Part shown: piece after piece, positions 29,223-39,035 of the stretch
Layout of the letters: each line of letters starts with the position of its first letter
How positions within the stretch are numbered: the first letter of the stretch is position 1
Origin: Opitutaceae bacterium
GTDB taxonomy: Bacteria > Verrucomicrobiota > Verrucomicrobiia > Opitutales > Coraliomargaritaceae
Direction of reading: 5' to 3'
Length of the DNA stretch: 64,000 nucleotides
Assembly: GCA_051252375.1 (NCBI GenBank)
Contig: JBPOFY010000003.1
Location: 32,001-96,000 of the forward strand
Translations under genes and position numbers: made by a program
Notes under the pieces: model-generated
What the model saw: only the letters and a program-made list of their open reading frames with translations
The model's database searches: none
Told to the model about the DNA's origin: nothing

Positions 29223-30396
29223 CGAAAACTTCGTCGAGAATACGGACCGATTCGGCGAGTTCTTTAAGGTTAGCTGTGAGTGCGGGTAATAAGCGGATGA
29301 CATTGTGGCCTGCTGGAACGATGAGGAGATTCTTTTCCCGTGCTGCGGTGGCGACAGTGAGGCTGGCACCTTCTTGCTTGAGGACGAGACCGACCATATA
29401 TCCAGCACCCCGCATGCCAGTGATGTGTTGTGGGTATTTTTCGACCAAATCTTGTAGCGCCTCATGCCAGAGGACACTGTTGGCGGTAACTTCATCCAGC
29501 AGGTTATCTTCTTCGATGATGTCGAGTGTTGCGTTGGCTGCAGCACAGGCCAGCGGTGATCCACCAAAGGTCGTGCCGTGTGAACCGGGTTGGAAGAGTT
29601 CGGCGTATGGCTCCGCTACCCAGATAGCTCCGATAGGGAAACCCGCGCCGAGACCTTTAGCCATGCCGATGGCGTCTGGCTTAACACCGCTTTTCTCGAA
29701 GGCGAAAAAGTGACCGCTCCGACCGATGCCGCATTGCACTTCGTCGAGCATGAGTAGTGCTCCCCGCTCGGTGCAGAGTGCCCGTAGTTCTTGTAGGAAG
29801 CTGGCTTCTGCGGGAAAAATGCCGCCTTCGCCTTGTATGGATTCGATGAATACAGCTGCGACGGAATCGTCGACCAACTTGTCGAATGTTTCGATTTTGT
29901 TGAGTTCGCCGAATTTAAAGCCTTCCAGCATGGGCCGGAAGCCACCTTGGATTTTCTCCTGCGGTGTAGCACCCATGCCGCCGAAGGTCCGTCCATGGAA
30001 AGCGTGTTGTGCTGCCACGACAGTATACCGCTTGGCTTCTTCGCCGCCAGATAGTTGCCGCCCGTGGAGCCGTGCGAGTTTAATTAGAGCTTCATTGGCT
30101 TCCGCGCCGCTATTGCAGAACAGTACCCGTCCAGGACCGGCTTTTTCAACGAGCCGATCCGCGAGCTTTTGCTGCCCGGGAATACCGTAAAGGTTGCTAC
30201 AGTGGGTGAGGGTTGCGGCTTGCTCTTGAACGGCTTGCACCCATTTCGGGTGTGAGTGCCCGACAGAAGTCACTGCGATGCCACTGCCGAAATCCAAATA
30301 GCGTGCCCCATTCTCGTCATAGAGATACACGCCTTCGCCCCGCACGGCATTGAATGCGGGCGGACCGTAGTTTTTCATTAGAGATGGGTGATGCAT
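29206..30396 (-). CDS. argD: Acetylornithine aminotransferase
   Basis: NSGAEANE, FHGRT, DEVQCG and AKGLG motifs; arg operon context. Confidence 0.93.
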   Translation of the reverse strand: MHHPSLMKNYGPPAFNAVRGEGVYLYDENGARYLDFGSGIAVTSVGHSHPKWVQAVQEQAATLTHCSNLYGIPGQQKLADRLVEKAGPGRVLFCNSGAEANEALIKLARLHGRQLSGGEEAKRYTVVAAQHAFHGRTFGGMGATPQEKIQGGFRPMLEGFKFGELNKIETFDKLVDDSVAAVFIESIQGEGGIFPAEASFLQELRALCTERGALLMLDEVQCGIGRSGHFFAFEKSGVKPDAIGMAKGLGAGFPIGAIWVAEPYAELFQPGSHGTTFGGSPLACAAANATLDIIEEDNLLDEVTANSVLWHEALQDLVEKYPQHITGMRGAGYMVGLVLKQEGASLTVATAAREKNLLIVPAGHNVIRLLPALTANLKELAESVRILDEVFANIER

Positions 30397-30479
30397 TTTT
30401 TTGAATGGCTAATAAATTATGACTGATGGCTAATTAATTTGAAATTAGCTATTAAGGATTACTCATTAAAATCGTAGAT

Positions 30480-31370
30480 TTATGAATTATGAATTTCGGT
30501 GCCTACGCCTTTGTCGGTGAAGATTTCGAGGAGGAGGCTGTGTGGCTGTTCGCCGTCGATGAAGTGGACGCGGTGGACGCCGCTATGTAGGGCTTTGACT
30601 GCGCTGTCAGTTTTTGGGATCATCCCTTTACTGATAGTGCCGTCGGCAACGAGGCTCGCGACGTCTTGTGTGCGCAAAGAAGAAATAAGTGATTCGGGAT
30701 CATTGATGTCGCGCATCAGACCTGGCACGTCGCAAAGGTAAACGAGGCGGCGGGCCCGGAGGGCAGCAGCGACGCGTCCAGCGGCGGCATCGGCGTTGGT
30801 GTTATAAATCTGTCCATCTTCGTCGCATGCGATCGGTGAGATGACTGGGATGTAACCGTCGGCGAGTGCTTTCTTAATGATCTTGGTTTTGACGGTGTGC
30901 GTTTCGCCGACGAATCCCAGGTCGATGTGCTCGCCGTCGACGACGACCTCCTTTTTGTCGCAAACCAGTAGGTTATTTCCTGGCATGCCGAGCGGACGCG
31001 CATTCTTGGCTTGAAGGATCTCGCAGATATCAAGGTTAACGATTTTGTTGAGCGTGTGGTCCACGACTTTGACGGACTCAGCATCGGTGACCCGAAGACC
31101 GTGCTCGAAGCGAGTTTCCACATTGGATTCGGCGAGGGCCCGTGTGATGGCTTTGCCACCGCCATGCACGACTACCACCTTAATGCCTGCGGCATGTAGA
31201 AATGCGATGTCTGTGGCGACACGTGTCCGCACTGCCGGATCGGCGTCGTCCATAAAGGCGCCGCCGTATTTCACGACGAATATAGCGTCACGAAACCGCT
31301 GGATATAAGGGAGCGCTTCCAAGAGCACAGCTGCCTTGGTGGTGACGTCGAGATTTGCGAGTTGTGACAT
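30480..31370 (-). CDS. argB: Acetylglutamate kinase
   Basis: VKYGG, VHGGG and GMIPK motifs. Confidence 0.95.
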   Translation of the reverse strand: MSQLANLDVTTKAAVLLEALPYIQRFRDAIFVVKYGGAFMDDADPAVRTRVATDIAFLHAAGIKVVVVHGGGKAITRALAESNVETRFEHGLRVTDAESVKVVDHTLNKIVNLDICEILQAKNARPLGMPGNNLLVCDKKEVVVDGEHIDLGFVGETHTVKTKIIKKALADGYIPVISPIACDEDGQIYNTNADAAAGRVAAALRARRLVYLCDVPGLMRDINDPESLISSLRTQDVASLVADGTISKGMIPKTDSAVKALHSGVHRVHFIDGEQPHSLLLEIFTDKGVGTEIHNS

Positions 31371-31424
31371 TTGATTCAAAATTTTAAGTGCAGGAAACTG
31401 AAAAGCTAAAGCGGAGAGTCGGCT

Positions 31425-32660
31425 TTATTCGGATTTGTTGAAGTTCACGTAGGCTTCGCTGAGGTCGGAGGTGAGCAGGCGGAAAGTGCCTTCACCTTGG
31501 TTTAGATTCAGTGTGATGCGAAAGCGTTTCTTGGAGACGATTTCTTTCCATTCCGATAGTTTGCTATCTTGTGGCTTGCCGCTGAGGAGGGCAGGGACGT
31601 CGTCGTAGTGAATATCAAAGATCTCTTCTTTGAGGCCTACACGAGCATAGCCTGCAGCATCGGCGAGCCTTCCCCAATTCGGGTCGGAGCCATACCAAGA
31701 GGTTTTTACTAGCAGTGAATTGCCCACGGCCCGTGCGACTTTTTCGGCGTCGGCTTCAGATTTACAGCCTTCGACGATGAGCTCGACGAGTTTGGTGATT
31801 TTTTCGCCATCACCGACGATTTTTTCGGCGAGGTTGTCGCACACTAAATAGACGGCGTCACGGAACGCTTGTAGCAGGTTCGCGTCTTCGTTGGGAACCA
31901 AGCCGGTCTTTCCATTCGCGAGGAGTAGCACGGTGTCATTCGTGCTCATATCGCCATCGATTGAAATGCGATTAAAGGTTTTGTTGCAGGCTTGAACCAG
32001 TGTGTTCTTCAGGGTCTTGTTGTCTGCTTCTAGATCTGTGACGAGGAAGGCAAGCATGGTCGCCATATTCGGTTCGATCATACCAGCACCTTTGGCGATA
32101 CCTGCTACAGTGATGGTTTTGCCTTCAAATTCAAAACGAGCGGTAGCGACTTTTCTCCGTGTGTCGGAGGTGAGGATCGCATCGGCGGATTTTAGTGAGG
32201 ACTCCGGGTTGGAGTCGAGTATCGCTGCGGCGGCTGAAATCCCGGCCCTAATTTTGTCCATTGGCAGCTTCCGACCGATCCGACCGGTGGAGCAGACTAG
32301 GAAGGGTGAGCCAATTCCTGTTTCGAGCTGTGAAATGGCGGACATCTCTTTGGCGTCAATCATGCCTTGTTCGGCAGTGGCTGCATTGGCATTGCCACTG
32401 TTTACGACAAATCCACTGACTTTAATGCCTGGGGAAGAAAGGATTTCTTTGCAGACGTGAACGGGCGCCGCGCAAACATCGTTGAGCGTAAAGACGCCTG
32501 CGGCGGAGCAGGGCTTATCAGCGGTGACGATGGTGAGGTCTAGCCGTTGGTTGTCGCCGGTTTCCCTGATGTCGCAGGCAACACCTGCGGTCTTGTAGCC
32601 TGGGCAGTCCGCGATTCCACCGGGATTATCGATAAGTTTAACTGTGATCGTATCGGACAT
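31425..32660 (-). CDS. argJ: Bifunctional ornithine acetyltransferase
   Basis: KGAGMIEPNMATML, DGDMSTND and DPNWGR motifs. Confidence 0.95.
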   Translation of the reverse strand: MSDTITVKLIDNPGGIADCPGYKTAGVACDIRETGDNQRLDLTIVTADKPCSAAGVFTLNDVCAAPVHVCKEILSSPGIKVSGFVVNSGNANAATAEQGMIDAKEMSAISQLETGIGSPFLVCSTGRIGRKLPMDKIRAGISAAAAILDSNPESSLKSADAILTSDTRRKVATARFEFEGKTITVAGIAKGAGMIEPNMATMLAFLVTDLEADNKTLKNTLVQACNKTFNRISIDGDMSTNDTVLLLANGKTGLVPNEDANLLQAFRDAVYLVCDNLAEKIVGDGEKITKLVELIVEGCKSEADAEKVARAVGNSLLVKTSWYGSDPNWGRLADAAGYARVGLKEEIFDIHYDDVPALLSGKPQDSKLSEWKEIVSKKRFRITLNLNQGEGTFRLLTSDLSEAYVNFNKSE

Positions 32661-32690
32661 GGTGGAGAAGTCGGTCGTTGGCGCGAAAGA

Positions 32691-33716
32691 TTAGATGAGC
32701 CCGGCAGTTTCTTCGAAACCGGACTTTAGATTTAAGATTTGCACCGCTTGGCCGCTGGCACCCTTGAGTAGGTTGTCGATGGCGGAGGTGATGATGAAGT
32801 TGTCTGTCCGTTTGTCGTAAACGGCTGAGATGTCAGCCCGATTGCTTCCGGTTACGTATTTGGTATCTGGATACGTTCCCGATGGGAGCACGCTTACAAA
32901 TGGTTTGTCTTCGTAAGTTTTATTCCAAACAGAATAGAGCCTTTCGAGGGGCACGCCGTTGGATTTCGCCACGATAGTGGTCGAAATGCCCCGCGACATG
33001 GGTGCGAGGTGTGGGTTGAATTGCACGATGACATCTGCGAAGGCAGCTTTTTCGAGTTGCTCTTCGATTTCGGAAAGGTGCCGATGTTTTGGCATCCCGT
33101 AGCCCTTCATGCTCTCGTTCCGTTCGCAGTAAATAAAGTCCTCGGCGACTTTCCGTCCTGCGCCACTGACACCACTGTAGCTGTTGATGACGATACCGCT
33201 CGGCTTGATGAGTCCTGCTTTAAGGAGCGGGACGAGTGGCAGTTGGATGCTAGTGGGGTAGCACCCTGGGCATGCGATCAATGTGGCAGCTTTCCAAGAG
33301 TCGTCCGCTAGTTCGGGGATGACGTAGGGTGCGGCTTTGAGTAATTCCGGCGCTGGGTGTGGGTGCCCGTAGTAGTTCTCGTAGGTCGACGCGGAGTTGA
33401 GCCGGAAGTCGGCGCTCAAATCGATCACGGTTTTACCTGCTTTGTAGAGTGGGTTGGCAAACTCGCTGGCGACACCGTGTGGGAGCGCGAGAAAGAACAC
33501 GTCCAAGTCGTCCCGTTGCGCGAGTTCGGCAGGGTCGGAGCTGGTGAACTCTAAGTCGCCGACTGCGTGCCGTAGGGCAGGCATGACATCAGCTACTTTT
33601 TGGCCTGCCAGCGACCGTGAAGTCACGGCAGCCAGTTGCACATTCGGGTGCCTGGAGAGTAACCGAACTAATTCTTCTCCGGAATATCCGGATGCTCCTA
33701 TGATGGCTGCGTTCAT
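32691..33716 (-). CDS. argC: N-acetyl-gamma-glutamyl-phosphate reductase
   Basis: GASGYSG, PGCYPT and DNLLKGASGQAVQ motifs. Confidence 0.95.
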   Translation of the reverse strand: MNAAIIGASGYSGEELVRLLSRHPNVQLAAVTSRSLAGQKVADVMPALRHAVGDLEFTSSDPAELAQRDDLDVFFLALPHGVASEFANPLYKAGKTVIDLSADFRLNSASTYENYYGHPHPAPELLKAAPYVIPELADDSWKAATLIACPGCYPTSIQLPLVPLLKAGLIKPSGIVINSYSGVSGAGRKVAEDFIYCERNESMKGYGMPKHRHLSEIEEQLEKAAFADVIVQFNPHLAPMSRGISTTIVAKSNGVPLERLYSVWNKTYEDKPFVSVLPSGTYPDTKYVTGSNRADISAVYDKRTDNFIITSAIDNLLKGASGQAVQILNLKSGFEETAGLI

Positions 33717-33866
33717 GATTTAAAATGGCTGATAGCTAATGATTAATAGCTATTGAATAGTGGCTGATTGCGAAATGCCGAATGTCTAAAAAGAAAAACC
33801 CCCCAAAGCACGTGTGGACACGGCCTTGGAGGGTTGCAAAAAGATGCGTCCTTGCCGCTGTGCGGA

Positions 33867-34259
33867 TTAACGTTTGGAGAACTGGAAGCGCTTGCGTGCA
33901 CCTGGCTGACCAGGTTTCTTACGCTCACGGCTGCGAGGATCACGCTTCATGTGGCCTTCTGGCTTCAATGATGCGCGAAGATCGCCGTTCATTTTTTCAA
34001 GTGCACGTGCGATGCCGAGGCGAACCGCGCCGGCTTGGCCGTTGAGACCTCCGCCTTCTGCTTTAATCTTGATGTCGACTTGATCGAGCATGTCGACGGT
34101 CTTCAGAGGGGAGAGTGCTGCGTTGGCAAACTCTTCAGTCTTGAAGTAAGCGCGGGGCTCACTGCCGTTGACTTCGATTTTACCAGTGCCGCGTGTCAGA
34201 CGGACACGTGCTCTTGCGGTCTTACGACGACCGACGGTGACAAATGTTTGTTCGCTCAT
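33867..34259 (-). CDS. rpsI: 30S ribosomal protein S9
   Basis: GRRKTARARV...ARKRFQFSKR; ATG at 34259. Confidence 0.97.
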   Translation of the reverse strand: MSEQTFVTVGRRKTARARVRLTRGTGKIEVNGSEPRAYFKTEEFANAALSPLKTVDMLDQVDIKIKAEGGGLNGQAGAVRLGIARALEKMNGDLRASLKPEGHMKRDPRSRERKKPGQPGARKRFQFSKR

Positions 34260-34278
34260 GTTATATAAAAGTCGGAAA

Positions 34279-34704
34279 TTAAACGAGAGGCTTTGGTTGT
34301 TGTGCCTCGTATGGATGTGAAGGTCCTGCATGGATCTTCAGCTTCTTGATCATTTGGCGACCAAGCTTGTTGCGAGGAAGCATGCCCTTGACGGCGTGTT
34401 CAATAATGAACTCAGGCTTCTTTTCACGCATTTTCGCCATGGAGACGTAGCTTTCGCCACCCATCCAGCCGGAATAGAACATATAGTTCTTATCGCTGTT
34501 CTTCTTGCCGCTCACGCGGATCTTCTCGGCATTGATCACAACGACGAAGTCGCCGGTGTCAGCATGCGGCGTGTAAGTCGGCTTGTGACGGCCACGAAGC
34601 ACGTTCGCGATTTTTACGGATACACGGCCTAGAGTCTCCTCGGCAGCGTCAACCACATACCAAGATTTGGTGTGATCAGATTTAGTAGCTAAAGTCGTTT
34701 TCAT
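34279..34704 (-). CDS. rplM: 50S ribosomal protein L13
   Basis: WYVVDA, KPTYTPHADTGD and VKGMLP motifs; ATG at 34704. Confidence 0.97.
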   Translation of the reverse strand: MKTTLATKSDHTKSWYVVDAAEETLGRVSVKIANVLRGRHKPTYTPHADTGDFVVVINAEKIRVSGKKNSDKNYMFYSGWMGGESYVSMAKMREKKPEFIIEHAVKGMLPRNKLGRQMIKKLKIHAGPSHPYEAQQPKPLV

Positions 34705-34724
34705 GATTTTTGGAAAAGCGGTGA

Positions 34725-34752
34725 ACAGTAAAATCGGGAACCCTCCTGTCAA
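34725..34752 (-). promoter_or_regulatory. sigma70-type promoter of rplM-rpsI
   Basis: TTGACA-N16-TACTGT. Confidence 0.6.
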
Positions 34753-34861
34753 TGGGAATTTTAATGAATTTTCATAAGAATCCTGTTTTTTGTTGCAAAA
34801 GGGGTCTTCTGCGTCATTTTCCGCAGCTTTTCCAGATTCATTATAAGAAGGAGCTATAACT

Positions 34862-35074
34862 TTGAGAGACGATTATTTACAGGCCGCACAATTGGTAATT
34901 CCTGATCCAATGATATTGATCAATGTGATTTCGCGTCGTGCGAAACAACTTAAAAGTGGTTACAAGCCACTGGTTGAGTCACTTGAGCGCTTATCTGCTG
35001 AAGATTTGGCTTTGCGCGAAGTGATGGAAGGTAAGATTACTTACCAACTCGACGAAACAATTGAGCCTCAGTAA
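34862..35074 (+). CDS. rpoZ: RNA polymerase omega subunit
   Basis: LINVISRRAKQL...ALREVMEGKI; TTG start. Confidence 0.85.
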   Translation: MRDDYLQAAQLVIPDPMILINVISRRAKQLKSGYKPLVESLERLSAEDLALREVMEGKITYQLDETIEPQ

Positions 35075-35153
35075 GACGACTTTGTTGTTTTACGGGTTTC
35101 GTTTTTTCGTCCTGCGGCCATGAGCGTTTCCCCAATTGAGGGATTGATACACC

Positions 35154-35630
35154 GTGTGTGCCAAAAAAAAATCACCCGAAGACCGCTTTAAAGAGGTTCG
35201 GAATGCGAAAGCCACCCACAATTATTTTGTGGGTGACCGTTTTGAGGCAGGTATTGCGCTCCAAGGCACTGAGGTGAAAGCCATACGTGAGGGCAATGCC
35301 CAGATCGGGGATGCCTTTTGCCGGGTAGAGAAGGGGCAAGTGTGGCTCTATAACTCGCATATCGGTGAGTATTCGTTCGGTAATTTTAACAATCACCCAC
35401 CACGCCGAAAGCGTAAGCTACTTCTGCACCGCCGTGAGATTCATAAATTGATGGGTGCGGTTGATATGGGCGGTAAATCGCTCGTCCCTTTACGTATCTA
35501 TTTGAAGCATGGTTTGATCAAAGTAGAGATCGCCTTGTGCACCGGTAAAAAGCTGCACGACAAGCGTGAGACGATGAAAAAGAAAATCACTATGCGCGAA
35601 GCAGAGCGCGAAATGCGTCGTTATAAATAA
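35154..35630 (+). CDS. smpB: SsrA-binding protein
   Basis: EAGIALQGTEVK, RKLLLH and GKKLHDKRE motifs. Confidence 0.95.
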   Translation: MCAKKKSPEDRFKEVRNAKATHNYFVGDRFEAGIALQGTEVKAIREGNAQIGDAFCRVEKGQVWLYNSHIGEYSFGNFNNHPPRRKRKLLLHRREIHKLMGAVDMGGKSLVPLRIYLKHGLIKVEIALCTGKKLHDKRETMKKKITMREAEREMRRYK

Positions 35631-35642
35631 TTTATTGTAAAC

Positions 35643-36554
35643 ATGTCATCCGTTGCCACCACTGTTCTCGTTCAAGTTCCGGCCAGCACCTCGAATTGCG
35701 GCCCCGGGTTCGATACGCTTAGTATCGCTTTAACTTTGTATAATTTCATTCGCTTGACTGTGCGCGAAGATAATCAAGTCGCACCTGTTGGTGAGGTCGG
35801 GGCAGGGACTCAAGCGATGGTTGAAGAGGTCGCTTTGAGCTTTGCGCAGACCGCAGCGGTGGAAATCGGTGGCTTTGACTATGAAATATGGGGTGAGGTG
35901 CCGATGGCACGCGGCCTCGGCTCTAGTTCCACTGTTCGTGCCGGTGTGGTCGCAGGCTTGAATGCTTTGTATGGCAAGCCGCTCGATCTTGAAGCGATGA
36001 TTCGTTTAACGACTAAGTTGGACAATGCGCCTGACAATGCCTGTGCCGCTTTCGCTGGTGGATTTTGTATCGCGCGGACGGAGCCTTCGACATTTGCATA
36101 TCGCGAGCATGTTCGTTTCCCACTGCCCGATTCGTTGGTTTTTGTTGCTGTGTCGCCCAATTACGAGGTGCTGACAGAGAATTCGCGCCGTGTATTGCCC
36201 GATAGTATTCCGTTTGACGACGTGGTGCGCAGTGCGAACAGCTTGGCCTATTTGGTCGGGGTGCTGGTTTCAGGTGATTTTAAGCGCCTAGACGGAGCGG
36301 TGAACGATTACATTCACCAGCCATACCGTGAGCTGCTCAATCCATTTGGGCGTGAGAGTATCGAGGCTGGTTGCCATGCAGGTGCCTATACGGGCTGGCT
36401 GAGTGGTAGTGGGTCAACGGTGATGTGTGTGACCGATGCCGCCAATGCCCGTGCCGTTGGTGCCGCGATGCAGCAAGCATACGAGGTCAATGGCACAAAA
36501 GCCCGCGTTTATCGCTTGAGTGCGGATAACGCTGGGTTGACGGTGACTGTGTAG
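35643..36554 (+). CDS. thrB: Homoserine kinase
   Basis: PASTSNCGPGFD, PMARGLGSS and LSGSGST motifs. Confidence 0.92.
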   Translation: MSSVATTVLVQVPASTSNCGPGFDTLSIALTLYNFIRLTVREDNQVAPVGEVGAGTQAMVEEVALSFAQTAAVEIGGFDYEIWGEVPMARGLGSSSTVRAGVVAGLNALYGKPLDLEAMIRLTTKLDNAPDNACAAFAGGFCIARTEPSTFAYREHVRFPLPDSLVFVAVSPNYEVLTENSRRVLPDSIPFDDVVRSANSLAYLVGVLVSGDFKRLDGAVNDYIHQPYRELLNPFGRESIEAGCHAGAYTGWLSGSGSTVMCVTDAANARAVGAAMQQAYEVNGTKARVYRLSADNAGLTVTV

Positions 36555-36555
36555 C

Positions 36556-37437
36556 TTATTCGACGTTCTGCACTTGCTCGCGGATGCGTTCGAGTGAGTT
36601 TTTGCCTTCGATGACTGCGCGGGTGATTTCGATCTGACTAGATTTGCTGCCAGTGGTGTTGAACTCGCGGTGAATTTCCTGACAAAGGAAGTCCATTTTG
36701 CGGCCGGTGGCTTCTTCAGAGGCGAGGAATTCACGGAATTGTTTGAAGTGGCTTTTGAGGCGGGTCATTTCTTCGCTCACATCGCAACGGTCCGCGAAGA
36801 TGGCGAGTTCTTTAAGGACACGCTCGTCGCTAGGATCGAGGTCGAGTTCTAGCTGCTTGAGGCGCTCAAGTAGGGCGTCTTTGTATTTGCCAACTGCGCC
36901 AGCGGCATGTGTCTCGATTTCAGTGCTGAGTTGGTCGAGTGCGTCGATACGTTCGAGCAAGTCTTTCTTGAGGGCATCACCTTCGGCGGTGCGCATCGAG
37001 TGTATGTCGGTTAATGCCTGGTCGAATGCTGCCTTGATGCTTTCTTCGATGACGGACCAGTCGGGTAGACCTGAGCTGTCTTTCAACGATTTTGCTAAGT
37101 CGACAAGAAGCGAGGTGTCGGGGTTGAACGGAAGACCACGGCTTTCTGAAAAAGCTTTGAGTCGATCGAGGGTTTCATCCATCGCCCGGTTGTCCCAAGT
37201 AAGCCCGTATTGCTCGCCTGCGGTGGACTGCACTTTTATTTGCACATTGACCCGTCCACGCTGGAAGCTGCCTTTGAGCCATTCTGTGCAGCGTTGATCG
37301 AGGCCACTCCACTCGCGTGGGGCAGAGACAAACGCATCGAGTGTCTTTCGATTCACCGAGGTGATTTCGATTTCAATTTGTAAACCATGCTCTGCCGCTT
37401 GTGCTGAGCCCGTGCCATAACCTGTCATACTACGCAT
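36556..37437 (-). CDS. yicC: YicC/YloC-family endoribonuclease
   Basis: [25 protein letters not shown] and IREQVQNVE motifs. Confidence 0.92.
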   Translation of the reverse strand: MRSMTGYGTGSAQAAEHGLQIEIEITSVNRKTLDAFVSAPREWSGLDQRCTEWLKGSFQRGRVNVQIKVQSTAGEQYGLTWDNRAMDETLDRLKAFSESRGLPFNPDTSLLVDLAKSLKDSSGLPDWSVIEESIKAAFDQALTDIHSMRTAEGDALKKDLLERIDALDQLSTEIETHAAGAVGKYKDALLERLKQLELDLDPSDERVLKELAIFADRCDVSEEMTRLKSHFKQFREFLASEEATGRKMDFLCQEIHREFNTTGSKSSQIEITRAVIEGKNSLERIREQVQNVE

Positions 37438-37508
37438 CTCTTATAGATAGGCGGAGTTTATATAGGATCGCGAACAAATATTTTGGATGCGCGAGACTGG
37501 ATCCGGGA

Positions 37509-38171
37509 TTAAAGCTGGAGTGCGGATTTGAGCTCTTTGAGGTTCTCAAAGGCTGCTTCGGCGCCGGCGTTTTTGAGTTCTTCGACGCTGTGTGCGCCGG
37601 TGGCCACGCCATAGCAGGGGAGGCCTGCGTTGTGTGCGGTTTCAATGTCGGTGGGGGAGTCGCCGATCATGCAGGACCCTTTGGCGCTGGCATTGATCTG
37701 GTCGAGGACGTGGCGAGTGAGCTCCGCTTGCGGTTTGTGCCATTCTGTATCGGTATTGCCAATACAGGTTGGGACGTGCTTAGCGAACCCTGCGTATTTA
37801 CTCACGCTGCGGGCAGTGTCACCGTGCTTGTTGGTGAAAATGGCTTGGGGGATACGCGCTTTGTAAAAGGCTTCGATGAGTTCACTGCCACCTGCTAGAA
37901 TGATGAGCCCTTCGAACATGATCTCTGGGAAGCGGGCGCGAAATGCTTTGGCTGCTTGGTCCTGTTGATCTTCTGGGATGAAGAGCGACATGGTGGAGGC
38001 CATGGGGCCGCCAAGGCTGCGGCGTATGACCTCGGCGTCCGGTTCAGGGTAGCCGAGCGTGGTGATGACGTCGCAGTAGCAGCGCACAATGGCTGCGGTT
38101 TGATCGATCAGTGTGCCATCCATGTCCCAGAGCACGGCACTGGGCAGGGGAAGCTTGATTGCATCAGGCAT
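37509..38171 (-). CDS. HAD-family hydrolase (phosphoglycolate phosphatase-like)
   Basis: WDMDGTL and MIGDSPTDI motifs. Confidence 0.85.
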   Translation of the reverse strand: MPDAIKLPLPSAVLWDMDGTLIDQTAAIVRCYCDVITTLGYPEPDAEVIRRSLGGPMASTMSLFIPEDQQDQAAKAFRARFPEIMFEGLIILAGGSELIEAFYKARIPQAIFTNKHGDTARSVSKYAGFAKHVPTCIGNTDTEWHKPQAELTRHVLDQINASAKGSCMIGDSPTDIETAHNAGLPCYGVATGAHSVEELKNAGAEAAFENLKELKSALQL

Positions 38172-38206
38172 TGACGAAGCGAGGTGCTAGCCTCGGTCGC
38201 GGGTGA

Positions 38207-38533
38207 TTAGGCGTTCTTCGTTTCCGAAGTGCTGTCTTCAGTAGGCGCTACTTTCTCTGCTTCGACTTCAGCGGTAACTGGCGCTTCTGTCGTGGAGGCT
38301 TCGACTGATTTGCTGGCTGGCTTTGGAGTCTTTTTTACGGGCTCGTCAGCTTCCATGGCGCTGCGGATGTCTTCTTCAATTCCGGATGTGGCAGACTTGA
38401 ATTCCTTAACGGACTTGCCGAGTGATCGGAATAGCTCGGGGAGGCGTTTCGCTCCAAAAAAGAGGAGGACGACCATAAAGATTAGGACGATTTCCCAGCT
38501 GCTGAGATTTTGTAGAAATGCTAGTGTGCTCAT
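38207..38533 (-). CDS. tatA: Twin-arginine translocase TatA/E
   Basis: LLFFGAKRLPELFRSLGKSVKEFK. Confidence 0.92.
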   Translation of the reverse strand: MSTLAFLQNLSSWEIVLIFMVVLLFFGAKRLPELFRSLGKSVKEFKSATSGIEEDIRSAMEADEPVKKTPKPASKSVEASTTEAPVTAEVEAEKVAPTEDSTSETKNA

Positions 38534-38578
38534 AATATTAAAGGAGTCTGGATGGATGCTCTAGTAATGATTCTATCT

Positions 38579-39004
38579 TTACTCTGAATCGGCCTCGGCG
38601 TCACGATATATTTTAGCCAAGCGTTCACTTTCGGCTGCGCTGGCGGGTGTGATAGTGTTGTTGATCCGAGGCTCTCCTTCAAGGATATCGGCAGTGCGAA
38701 GACCAGTTGCGCGTTTTTCGCGTGCTTTGAGGATGGCTGTTTGAGTGCCGTCTGTGTTGGTCGCAACGAGGAAAGCGATCGGTAGATCGCGACCATTGCG
38801 GATGGTGGCAATGCGCTCAAACATGTCGACGTGAACGATAGTCGATGTATTCGAAGCGACGATAGTGCCTGGTTGGGCTTTGCCGATCTGTGTGTCACCT
38901 TGGGTGACGCGGACGCCGGAACCGCCGCCGCAACCTGTGAGTATAAGTGCAAGGCAGATGCCGATGCAGAGTGAAGTGATTTGAGTCGAGCGCATGATTT
39001 TCAT
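38579..39004 (-). CDS. Lipoprotein of unknown function
   Basis: LTGC lipobox after ATG 39004/38995. Confidence 0.7.
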   Translation of the reverse strand: MKIMRSTQITSLCIGICLALILTGCGGGSGVRVTQGDTQIGKAQPGTIVASNTSTIVHVDMFERIATIRNGRDLPIAFLVATNTDGTQTAILKAREKRATGLRTADILEGEPRINNTITPASAAESERLAKIYRDAEADSE

Positions 39005-39035
39005 AGGGAATTTGCTTAATCGTAGTGAGCGACTG

